A stretch of DNA of 64,000 bases. Source: Utricularia gibba. Lineage: Eukaryota; Plantae; Magnoliophyta. Where the stretch lies: positions 1,426,001-1,490,000 of the forward strand of contig NEEC01000010.1 in the NCBI GenBank assembly GCA_002189035.1, written 5' to 3'. Below, one piece after another: positions 28,570 through 41,014 of the stretch; the stretch's first letter is position 1; the number at the start of each line of letters is the position of its first letter. Below the pieces are notes generated by a model. It made no database searches. It worked only from the letters and a program-made list of their open reading frames with translations, and was not told the origin of the DNA. Position numbers and translations under genes: made by a program.

Positions 28570-28782
28570 AGTTCTGTTTATTTTAAATTCTATTTCAAAT
28601 TAAGTGTTTTTGAAATGATTTTTATTGAAAACAAAAACGAATTCTGTTTTTTTTTACATAGAAACATTGAAACGCTTAGAAGTGTTTCAATTTTTTTTTG
28701 AAGTAGATTCATACCCGCTTCTATCAATTTTTGAAACATTTTTTATGAAACGCTTTTAATGAAGTGAAAATAAACAAACCTT
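28570..28782. mobile_element. Possible degenerate MITE / fold-back element
   Basis: Ends gttctgtttatttt and aaaataaacaaacc are imperfect inverted repeats, and the internal aagtgttt / aaacgctt motifs are inverted. Confidence 0.25.
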
Positions 28783-28981
28783 AAGTTTTTGCGAAGGTAC
28801 TTTCGGAAAATCATCAAGTATTTCACTTAGTCAGATACATTTGATTTGTTTGTGACTGATGACTGGAATTAAATGATGAGTGTATGTATCAATTTTGATG
28901 AATGTGCAGTAGCAACTGGGCATATAAAATATTATATACAAGCAGCAACTATAGCATCAGCGCTTCATAAGTCAAATCCAT

Positions 28982-30932
28982 CTACATCCATGGGAAAAGC
29001 CAATGCTTCTTTTTCTGTATCCTGAGAGGAACCTCTGTGGAGCAACAAAACAGGCAGGAGGATGAGAAGGATAAGGAAGCTGGAATCTGCTAAAAGTGCA
29101 CTGTGGTAATACGATGACGTTTCGTACCTCCGGCTGGATACAAGGAGTTGTAATGAATTTCGCTCCAGAAGCTCAGCCACAAGTCTGAAGGAGGTAAAGT
29201 GAGGAGTGGAGACAGGGTATTTTTATGATAAAGGGATGAGGGTGTACCTCTGTATGGAGTTTTATCCTTGGGGAGAATTTCAATGTAGCAACTGTCTCTA
29301 AAGGAGGTAACCAGACAAATTTTCACTTCAAACTACACACAACAAACATAGTAGTGGAAGTTTAGGTTGAGACCCTTTACAACTCTAAGTGAAGAGCAAA
29401 ATGTGGGTGAGTGCCTAGAAGGGCAACACTGAATGTAAAAAGGGGAGAGATGATCAACACGATTCTCACTTCAAACTATGGATGCACAAAAATAAGTGAT
29501 GGAAGTTCAAGATGATTCCATTTGAATTCTAAGTTAGCAGCAAGTAACAGGGATATGTAAAAGGTGAGTTACACGATTTTTCTACTTCGAACTGCATCAT
29601 CATAAAAATTTGGGGGCTCCAAGTTAAGATCCCTTTGCAACACTAATGAAAATCAATGTTGAATGCCTAGTAGCTTCACTTACTCTGTCTGATGCTGCCT
29701 GTAGAGTGACGTGGTCTCCCATTCTCCTAATCTAAGATCACACAAAATATTGGCTCAGTTGTATAAGTACGCAATGTCAAATTGCATACAGGAGAGGGGT
29801 GAAGTCTCACCTCTCCATCTTCTTCACATATTGTTTGTATTTCATGGGTACATAACCTTCATACAGTTTACGATGATCTTTTAGCTGAAAATGAGAGAAA
29901 GTTGAATTCAAATATGTACTTCACAACAAAAATGTACATTTTTAACAAGTCTTCTCAAATTATCAGTGCAACTGATATGAAATCGATTCCAAACCTGCTT
30001 GACAACCTCCTTTCTTATATATTTATGGTAATCAGGTTTCTGAAATAGCTGATCTGCAAGGGCTCTGAACTGTAAAGTAGAAATGCTAAATTCATTATGA
30101 AGAAAAGACAAAACATTAAGAGCAGAAGGACTCAAAATTGGCATATATCATGCCTGTGAATGATGAAACATTGATAAAAATTAAAAATACATTTTACAAG
30201 TTGATTCAGGACCAACCTGGCAATTTCCATCCCCCGAATTTGTAATTCAGCCAAACTGTATCGGGCTAATCTAATAAATCCATGAACAAGAGAGAATTTA
30301 CATGAGAAAAATAGCTTCTTGATTATCACATAAAGGAGTAACAGCTGCTGCATGAGCATACAACCTCACCGCCAAGCTCTCATGGTCTAAGCTTGCATCA
30401 GTCGGATCAGGTATATTTTCAATGATGCGTGGTGTGTGCTGCCATTTGATAGAATGTAAGTTGAAATATCATAAATGAAAAAGACAGATAATTCTCAGAA
30501 ATCTGTTGTAGAACCCGCAAATTACATGCATAATGAGAACATACCAAAATTATGCTTGATACTACACTAGGTGGAATTCTATTACATGATCCTGAATTGC
30601 AAGAAAGACCATATAAATGTGTCATTTGGACAACTGATGAAATCGAAAACATCCTACAGAAGTACTTGAACTGACTAAAAATTTCTTGATCTCAAAATAT
30701 ACAAGCTATTACTTGAAAAAAAACATTAGGAGAAACACAAAAAACGATGATTTTCATCATATACCGGTATTGATTCCAAATGAGAAAGCTTCTTGCCAAG
30801 ACTGTTTTCATGCATTGATCTTTCATCTTCAGCTAGCATCGCAGCAATTGTATGATCATCCTCTGTATCATGTGAACTACTATTCCAACTCGAGCTCGAG
30901 CTCGCGCATTGGTTATTAGACATATGCGTCAT
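28982..30932 (-). CDS. OTU-domain deubiquitinase (OTU11-like), with one apparent -1 homopolymer frameshift
   Basis: About nine short exons: DTEDDHTIAAMLAE, LGKKLSHLESIP, G(D)GNCQ|FRALADQLF, GEWGDHVTLQAA, WLSFWSEIHYNSLY and EVPLRIQKKKHWLFPWM*. One G is missing at 30231-30235. Confidence 0.9.
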
Positions 30933-32358
30933 CTTTACCTACCTCAAAATGAAACCATAATTGCAAGAATAAGGAACTCGGCCAAATTGCACCCAAGAAA
31001 CACAAGAACAATACTTTATACCCCAGAACCTAATATCCGACCGCGAAATCAGCCACAAACGTGATATTCCGTCCGAGACGACCCAGAACAGCAAAGAAAA
31101 AACTGAAGCAACCCACCTCCCGTGTGTGTACACACCAACAAAAGGTTGAAAAGCTCCAGTAAATACGACATACCCAAAGTCCAAACCAGAGACAATTGCG
31201 GAAACTTTTGCGTTGGGAGAGGCGTAAAGCCAAAAGTCGCGTAGTAGTAGAAATCCGGGAAGTCACCTGCCACCGGACAGCATCATCCTGATTAATGTGC
31301 AGCGAAAATCCATCACATCACTCGGACCGTCGGACGGCGTCAAAGATCAACCGCGTTACACCGCAGGCCGTGTTCTTCAAACTCCAACTCAACAAAATGT
31401 CGTCAAATTTTCATAATTCTTTTAATATTAAATTGACTTTTTCCCATCCCAATCTCTCATTCAATTTTAGTCTCTATTTTTATAATTCCTAGAAAAATAC
31501 TTTTCAAAAATTAATTCTTAAAATACTTTATATTTCATTTCGTTTTCGAAAAAAGCCACCACAATTTCAAATTTGGGATGATATTGTTTTTTTCCAAAAA
31601 AACCACCATTAAATTAATTTTTTTATTAAACGATGATTTTGGAAATTAATACTGAATTAATATCGATTGGATAATAAACGACAAATTGATTGTTACACAT
31701 AACCGACAACCCACAAATCGCATCAATCATTTGGAAAATATTTTAATGAAAATCGATTTACCAACACACCCCTGATTGAGAGATTTAATATTAACAGAAT
31801 GCTTAATTTAATTTTTAAGTATATTTATTATAAAATATCATTTTTTTTCTAGATCTAAACTGTTCAATTTCAAATGTTTTTTTCTAATTTTTTTTAAAAA
31901 AATTGAATTGAATCCAATTTAATCTCAATTTAAAATACTAAAAATAAATGATATTAATCTAATGTTAACTTTTTGAAAAAGTAAAACATAAAAGTAGAAA
32001 TTTTTTGAAAAAGTAAAAATAGAAATATATGTTACCAAAAAAGTTATAAAAACAAAAATATTTTCAAAAACATAATGATAAAAATAGAAATAAGATGTAA
32101 AATTAGTTGTTTTCTTATTTGTAATTCTGAATCATTTTTAATTACATCCAAAAATTATTTTTATCAAAAAGAAAAATAAAAATAAGAAATAGTTTGTGTA
32201 AAATTATTTTTAATAAAAAAAATTAAAAACAATACCCAAAATTTTTCAGAACAAAACTTAAATATTGATGAAATCAGAAGAGTAGAGGAAGAGGGATGCT
32301 TAAGATGAGGCAGGGAAAGATCCTCTTTATTCAACACAGACAGATTCCAAGTATTTAT

Positions 32359-35300
32359 TTACTGCTTCTGGGACTTGAGCTCCAGCACCCTCTCTTCAGT
32401 GCTCTTCAGCGCGTTCCCGTAGATCTCGATCAACTGGAAATACGAGGAACAGAGCAGGGCACTCAGAACCACAAAGGGGTCATGATGAAAGGAACACGAA
32501 GCTTTCTGATGGGAAGGAAATCTGTCGTGCTTCTGGTTACCTGATCAACTTCATCCAGAGTCATGATGAAAGGAGGAGACATCATTATATTGTCACCGCT
32601 GACGCGCACCAGCATTCCGTTCTTGGCGCATTGCGCTCCGAAATAGGCTCCAACTCCTGAGAGAGTGTTTGTTAGTCATCCCAGGAAGAAGAAAAGACTC
32701 CAAAAGAAATGGGTATAGTACTGTGAGGAGTGCGTACCCCAGTCAGCAGGGAAAGGATCATTTGGCGACTTGTTGTCAGCAAACTCTGTGCCGAGGATCA
32801 AACCGGTTCCCCGTATCTTCCAGAGACAAACAAGATTACCCAACGTTTCTGGAAACAAGAAACAGATATGCTATGGGACGGACACCCACCTCACCAACAA
32901 TGGGGCTGGTGGCAAATGCCTTCACACCATGCTGAAATCTTGGTGCTATTGTGTTCACATGCTCCAGAATATTTCTTTCCCTGTACCCGAAACATCGGTT
33001 TGAAGAGATCAAATGTGTTGGAATATGCTTTCACTACTCCAGGTTTGTTGCTGCGTAGGACATAAGGTAGACTTACTTGTAGATCTTGAGAGTTTCTAGT
33101 GCAACAGCACATGATACGGGATGGCCGGAATATGTGAATCCATGTGAGAAAGAGCCTAGAAAGAAGATAATCAGAGGAAAAACGTAATCGGTGTTCACCG
33201 ATGGATTATATAATAAAACTCATCACACCAACCAAGCTTGTTGCTTTGGGAATGTATGACATCATGGATTTCTGGGCTGACCAAAACTGCTCCGATAGGC
33301 ATATAACCAGAAGAAAGAGCCTGAGAGGATTGGACAGGCAAGAGAATTAACAAGAATTAAAATGAAGGATTCCGGTTCTCTCGCATGATGTTTATGTTAC
33401 CTTTGCTAAAGAAACAAGATCAGGCTTGATTCCATACTTGTCACAGCCGAACATGGTCCCCAGCCGTCCAAAGGCGCATATAACCTCATCAGCTATAAAC
33501 AGGATATCGTACTTCTTGACAATGGCTTGAACCTGATTTGCATACAGCAACAAATAACATATTGCAGCACAGAGCTTATCACTGCCAGAACCAAAAGGGC
33601 ATAACAAAAAATGTGATTTATTGCAACTTCCATGACTTCACTTGGGCTAAATGATAGATACAAGACATCTAAGTTTATGCCGAGAAACTTGCAGTTCATT
33701 TAGGCAAACCTTCTCAAAATACGTTGCAGGTGGGGGAATAACTCCTCCTGCTCCCATAACCGGTTCGGCAATGAAAGCAGCGATCTAGAAGCATGAAACC
33801 GTTAAGAGAGTTCAGTAGCAAGGTTTGGGAACACAGAAGAAGTAAAAATTAACATATCTGATTGTTACCGTCTCAGGGCCTTCTTTTAGTATGAGTTCCT
33901 CTAAGTTGTTAGCCAACCTTGTAGAAAAATCCTCTTCAGTTTCACCTGAAATGCCAACAGTGTTAGTCGAAGAAGACATATCAACTTATCTAGAATACCA
34001 AGAAAGACCTGGCAGATGATAGCGCCAATAGTGAGGGCAGTCAGTGTGGAGAACAAATGGAGCTGGTAGATCAAATTTGTGATGTAGAGCTGGAAGACTG
34101 TTTTAAATAAATTGACTGGTCATGAATTTTCTGCAAATCCAACATGAGTATTATTCTTGAACCTAAAGGCCGAAAACATACCCGTAAGGCTGGCTGATAT
34201 AAGTGTTGAACCATGATATCTAACACAAAGAGAGATTAAGATGAACATCTATAAAAAAATGATAAAAAATGAAACAACATATATCTCAGATAGAAGGCAT
34301 ACGATTTTTCCCGTGCAATGAACTTTTTCTTTTCAGGTCTACCAAGGGCGTTATTGTAATACCAAACCAGCTTAACCTATAAAAGCTTAAGGTTAATCTT
34401 CAGAAAAAAAAAAATACTGTAAAGTGTACACATATGAAGAAAAGAAATGTTAACAGTCATGTATTCAAATGCATGCACAAGATAATCTATACAAATTTGC
34501 GGATCACTTGAGAACATCAAACCTGAGAATCGTTGGCTTCAGATCCACTATTTGTAAAGAAAACCTTTTCCATTTTATTAGCAGTAAACATATCCAAAAG
34601 TTCACTGGCAAGATCCTGCATTCATAAGTATATCACTGCAAATTGATCACAATATATCAACAACCTACGAAGAGGCTATAATCTAGGTACCAAAGATGGT
34701 TTAGTTGTTCGGTTCCAAAAGGAGTGATAAAAGGGCAACTTGCTCAGCTGTTTTGTTGCAGCCTCTACGAGTCTCGGCTCACTTCCACCTTAAGAAGGCA
34801 CAGAAATGTGGAAAAAGGTATTACTCTTACTTCTAAAGTACTACAAGCTACGATATGAAGACTTAATGACAACCATCTGTTAGATAGCTCATACTATATA
34901 ACACAGCAATCCTAAGAGATACATCAAAGTGTTTTGGACAGAGATGCATACAATCAGCTGTTTTAGCAGATGCAAACATCGATATTTAGACAAACAATGG
35001 CATTAAATTGTATCAGAGTTACAAAGAGCAGTATAATTTGATAAAGAAGTTGCTAGGTATGATAGTAGGAGTACCAAGTGAAGTGCACCATAATCCAGCC
35101 AAGGAATCAAGATACTTTTTGCCATTAACATCATACACGTAGGAACCCTGCAACAAATAACCGCAAAATGCGCAGAATCAGAAGCGTTTAATGGAATTTG
35201 AAAATCTGAAAATGGCTTTGTTCAAAAGCCACTTACAGCATAAATACAATCCTTCTCTTCTCATACAAAGAGGACATGGAATACAATAAAATCCATGAAA

Positions 35301-35773
35301 CCAAGTTCCCTACCTCTGATTTATCAATTACTAGAGGATCCAAATCAGTAGTATGCCATCCAGGCGTAAAAGGAGCCAACATATCGTGCCCCTTGTAGCT
35401 ACACAAAGAGAATAATACCATTTTCAAACCACATCAATAAATCATCAAACGTCGCTACAAATGCAATGCACCCAATAAGAAATCAGTAAAAGTTGTTATA
35501 TAGATGGATGAAAATTACTCCTTCTCCTCATTGGCATGCAAAGATGGTGGAGCGCAGTAAGATTTCCATTTTGCAGGTCCCTGAACGCCCGAAACCTCCT
35601 TTAAAAACCGATATGCCTGTAAACAAGAGAGCCCATAATTCCATCATCAACATATCATCAAAAGATATCATGATACACAAAGCAGGCAAATTTCTAATCA
35701 AAACGCAGCGAACATTGACATGGGAATTCACCTGAGGTCCATCTCTGATGGATAATTGACGAAGACGATGCAT
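32359..35773 (-). CDS. POP2: Gamma-aminobutyrate transaminase (GABA-T, class III PLP aminotransferase)
   Basis: About 18 exons: [67 protein letters not shown]...DLVSLAK (PLP Lys), [10 protein letters not shown] and [16 protein letters not shown]. Confidence 0.95.
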
Positions 35774-37129
35774 CTTTCCCTTTGATTTTCCTCCTGGTCA
35801 CCAACAACTCAGGAAACTCTTGAAAGAAATACGAGTGGGCTGGAGAAAAAGACGGCAGGCACAGAAACACCCTGTATCCGAATTGGGCAGCGATGGTCCA
35901 GATCAGAATATGAATCCCTTCAAAAACAGAAACAAAGAAATATACTTCCACTCCGATACTCCTTACCATCCCCAAAAGATTTTACAAAGGAAAAAAAAAG
36001 TCATGTCATTATCCAAGACGACAAGAGGATAATGGCATTGTTTGCTTGTACTTAAATAACTCGACAGTTAGCATTTTCCATTTCAATAATATTTTTACCA
36101 TTAAATATTTTTTATTACAATACATTTCTTCCATGAATTATTTTCTGCATTAAAATGGATATTGTATAAATTATATAATAACGATTAGATATGATGCATA
36201 ATTAAATATGGAGAATGGTAATGAGCATTCCTTGTACAAAAAAAAGAATTATATTTGTTTTAAAATGGATACTTAAATAAATATAATTTACGATGAAATA
36301 TAAACTCACTTATCAAGTACGCCTAATTAATATTATGATATTGAAATATAATATTAATTTTCTTATTTAAAAAAATTTGTCCTTCTGTCTATATATTGTG
36401 AAAATTTTAGTAATACTGCATGTAAAACTAAGTATAAGATACATATATCATACACATTATAAAGAAATATTTTTTAAATAACGCTTTCTACAAAATAAAT
36501 TTATGTTTTTTTTCTAATTATTGACTTTTGTGTATATTAATTTATATTCATTTAGAAAAATGATCATTCTCACTTTATTTCTTACACAAAATTTTACACA
36601 TATAATGTCAATTTTTTTCACATACTATCTTTGACACATGACCAATTTTTTAATTCACCCTATTAATCCTACCCCTATTTAATATCAAATAAGTTAAAAT
36701 ATGGGATTCGACAAATAACAAAGTGCTCTAATTGTGACACTCCAATCGATATCTTTGAAAACTAATCATCTTAATATTCTCTCTGATACATTAAGATTAA
36801 AATTTTATACATAGTATAGTTATTTTTCAAATTATTTTCACACAGAATGTTTACTTTTCAAAATCATCCTGTTTTTCAAAATCCACTTTACTGCTGTAAA
36901 AAATAATGATTTTCCCACCCCGAAACTGTTGAAATCTCTCGTCTCCTTGTCTGAGTGGCCAACCAACAATGGAGCTCCCTTCCTACTTACGCTCCATGCC
37001 GCTCGTCTCCTGATTTCCGCACCTATATAATCAGACGCACAACTTGTTGACACCCTGCAGGTACAAGGCAAAAACAATAAACAAGGCATCTGGTTCGCCC
37101 CTCCACACGCGCAACAAGATCCTCCCCAG

Positions 37130-37556
37130 ATGGCGAGAATAGCAGCCGCCTGGTTCTTCCTTTTCTTGGCCGTCGCGGCGATCGGCTCCGGACGGTGCAG
37201 CACCCCCGCATGGGATCTGGGATTCAAATACGACAAGGTCTGCATGCAAAGATGCATCAATACCTGCGAGGAACTCAACAGGTTCTTTTGCCCGGTTACC
37301 TGCTACGGCAAGTGCAAAGGTAAAAGCCCCCGCCCCTGATCCCCATCCCATCCATCTCCCCATTTTTAACTGCAAAGATGACCAAGAGGAGATTCTTTTC
37401 ATGTTGGGTGCAGACAAAGAGACGGGAACGATCAAGCCCATCCGCCCCACAGGAAAGGAGGAACTGAATTCCGAACCCCATGCAGGGCTCCGGAAGCTGG
37501 TGACCAGGAAGCTTAACTCTGGGAAATACATCCTTCAGCAAATAAACCATGCCTGA
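37130..37556 (+). CDS. Small secreted cysteine-rich peptide (C-x3-C-x3-C-x7-C-x3-C-x3-C; thionin-like/hairpinin-like)
   Basis: Hydrophobic signal peptide MARIAAAWFFLFLAVAAIGSG, then CMQRCINTCEELNRFFCPVTCYGKC. A TATA box (cctatataat) lies about 100 bp upstream. Either unspliced (stop at 37339) or spliced AAAG|GTAAAA at 37320 to CAAAG|AT at 37377, giving 122 aa ending at 37556. Confidence 0.7.
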
Positions 37557-38358
37557 TTAACATTATTTCAGTGAATAAATGTATCTACTTTAATCACAAA
37601 CTTTCACCATTCCTAGGGTTTCTCTTTGTAAACCAAAATTAAATTAAAATTTTATTTCAAATATGTCTAAGACCTACTACAGCTTCTTCAAGTGATTTTA
37701 TTTAAAATTTTTATAGATTTTAATCTTTATTTTTTTATCAAAAATTCAAATTTCGTGATTAATTTTAAAACTTATCAAATTTCTTGAATTCCTATTTTGA
37801 TAATTAACTAAAAAATTAATTAAAAATAAATGTTCATTTTATGCATATTCCAAAAATACATTTTTACTGTTACATTAAATTTTATAATCATGTAATTTAC
37901 CAAATTATATAATGTAATTTTATCCTATCTCACAAAATTATGATGTATTAATTAATGTATTAATTATTTGTATGAAATAGAATAAAAGTAAAATTTAAAC
38001 CTCAAGTTTCAGAATTGTATTATATGGTCTTCAATTTATTTTTTTTATAAACACCTCAAATTTATGAGATTATATATTTAACCCTTCATGTTTAGTCTTC
38101 ATTACACGATATTAATAATTATTTGTATATTTATTGTATATTTAATCACTCATGTTTAAATATTTATTGCATATTTAATTTTTCATTTTTGTTTTATTTT
38201 GTAAAAATTTTGAAAACTATTTAGATCTTCGATCTTGATAATTTGATGTGTTTTTTTTTTTTTTTGCAATTTTGAAATTTGATAGTTAAAATTTTTATAT
38301 TGACTAAAATTTGAGGTATTGTTATTGTAATTTTTTCAATATAATAACGATTACATCA

Positions 38359-39803
38359 TTACATTTGAAATAAAAACCTCTTTTTAAAATCGTTGATAAA
38401 TCGGGTAAGAAAGTAATCCGACGGCCCTGGATTGCGCAGAGTTTTCCTGCTCTTGCCTTTCATGTCTTGCACCTTGTCTCTGATGGGATTTTCCAAATCC
38501 ATCAACTCTCTTATTGCAGCACAAATTTTGTCGGCCGGGATGATCAATCCACCGTTACGCCTGTAATCCATCTTAATCTCCACCGCCATCTCAAATTCCT
38601 TCACCAACTGAAAAGCATTCGCCTGTTGCTCCGCCGTCAGTGGCCATGTCGCCATCGGAACGCCAAACCAGACGCTTTCCAGAGTCGAATTCCACCCACA
38701 ATGAGAAACGAAGCCTCCCACCGCGGGATGGGCTAAAACCGTCGTCTGCGGGGCCCATCCGATGAGTTTTCCCCTTCCCTTAGTTCGATCTAAAAACCCG
38801 TCTGGTAGGACCTCGCTGTAGCACTCGTACTCCGTCGGAAAACCCACCTGTTCGTCTTTGGGCGGCCTTCTTAAAGCCCATAAAAACCGGTTACCGCTGG
38901 TCTCGAGTCCGGTGGCGATTTCTTTTATTTGATCTTCCGAGAAGCCACCGCGCGTACCGAAACAGAGGAACACTACGGAGGAATCCGGTTGCTGATCGAG
39001 CCAGTTGATGATGTCGTTGTATTCTCTCTTTGATTTCTCTGCTTCGTCGATGCCGAGCTGCAGAATGGGTCCGATGGGGTAAAGAGGGGGGAGTTCGCTA
39101 TTATCCCAGAGTTCCTGAATCGCGAACCTCTCAAAATCAAGGAAAGTGTTGCACAGAATTCCTTTTGCTCGCCTGAACCATCGAATCATCTCGAAAAACA
39201 CGGAATTCATTCGCGTATTGAAGATGAATTCGGGGAGTACGGACGACGGAACCGGGTTTTTATACCCTGGAATGACGAGTGGCTGACTGCAACTTTGATA
39301 CTTGAGAAGCTCCTCTGTTTCTTCCTCCTGGATGCTCTGAAAATGGAACACCATCCCAAGACAAGCAGCCCCCGAGGTGAAAAAGACATAAGACGGAAGT
39401 CCTAGTTCATCAGCGACATCAATCATCGGAGTGAACACCATGTCAATCACAAAAGCTGCCGGATAATCAGATTCCGGTGACAGAGTATCTCAGCCACGGC
39501 GTCCCTGACGACCCCCTTCTGGTTCTCAACGAACTCCCAAATAAAACCTGGATTTTCCGGGTTTTCGTTTTCCAGGGAGAAGGGAGCGAGATGGAGAAAG
39601 TTCACGCTCGGCGATGTGCTGATACAGGAAGAGATGTTGGTTTCCATTGGGATGTTTATTAACAGAACCGTGACCTCCAAACCGGCGTCGTGGCTAGCAA
39701 GGAGCTCCGCCGCCTTCACGGTGGGCAGAAAGTGGGTCATCACCGGGAAGGGAATGAAGAACAAGCTCGCTCTCTTGGAGACGGAGGCGTCCATTGTGTG
39801 CAT
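38359..39803 (-). CDS. UDP-glycosyltransferase, UGT71-like, intronless, with one frameshift at about 39450-39480
   Basis: N-terminal FIPFPVMTH (catalytic His), DM..TPMIDVADELGLPSYVFFTSGA and VVFLCFG. PSPG box WAPQTTVLAHPAVGGFVSHCGWNSTLESVWFGVPMATWPLTAEQ. Split across ORFs 39447..39803 and 38359..39450. Confidence 0.9.
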
Positions 39804-41014
39804 CTTTTCCGGTGCTGAACTTAAATAGTTCAGAACAGAGACATATGTTTACGACAATTCTACGTGGCGAGCACCTGCCGCCAGTCTTTTCGTTTTATTT
39901 AGTTAATTTATTTAATATAATCAAACAGAAGCTTCTATTGGCAGCCACTAGAGTCCCCCACAGCCACAGCCACAGCCACAGGGGTCTTTTGTTGGATTTG
40001 GAATTAAAAATGGTAATTTAATATGTGATTTCAATAAATATGAATTTTATAAAAAATAATATTTTGTTTATATTGTCATTAAAATTTGAAAAATCATTTT
40101 ATTAGTTGTTCATAGTTAATAGTGATGTTTCGTATGATATTATATTTAGATAAAATTAGGTAATTTGGTAGATGATTTAAATATATTTTTATAGTATGTC
40201 GATACGAGATTTGATTTTGCATTTAATATGCTTTGGATATTCCAAATCTCAGTCATACACGGCGATGGCGCCCACATTGGTTGTCTGTTATTTATTTATT
40301 AATTTATGTTCTAGAAGGTTTTTTTGGTAGGATTTCGCATTAGTTTTTTAATGCATTAATATTTATAATAATATTTTGAAAAAAAATGATTTGTATTTTT
40401 AAATATAAATTATTTAATTTTTTTCCTACTAACAAAATCTATCCCCAACGCTAGTATATCAAGAATATAATCAATTTTTAAAATTTAATATATTGGATAT
40501 ATTTAATTACTAAAATGTTATATTTGAATCTTTTTGATCTGCTATCATTTGCATGTCGAATATAAGTAATTACATACTATTCAAAAGCTAAGTACGATTA
40601 ATTAGAAACTAATTGCATCAAACATTTAAATAATTAATAACTAATAATATAAATTATTTTAAATAATAAAGATTATTTATGTTAAATTTGGTGTGTACTA
40701 CAATGGTGAAAATCAATTCTTTCAATATTAGAAATAAATTTCATCATTATATTGAGACCTTAAGAATAAATATTATTATTATTTTAAAATATTAAAAATA
40801 ATAATTATTTTATATTTTTTTTTATAAATATTAGAGATCAATAACATCAATTTTCCATAAATAAAAGAGAAAATTGCTATATTCTACTCATGATGAATAA
40901 TGGAAAATGGAATTGGAATTGAGAAGGAAAGCTAATGTGCAGGAGGATTACATCAAAATTCAGGCTAAGTAGATGGAGTTGTTGCATTAGTTGAATGATC
41001 ATCTTCTCCCCCAC

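Noticed and set aside
36838-37550. Long minus-strand ORFs (146 and 166 aa)
   Set aside because: Antisense to the Cys-rich peptide gene, which has the signal peptide, TATA box and Cys pattern.
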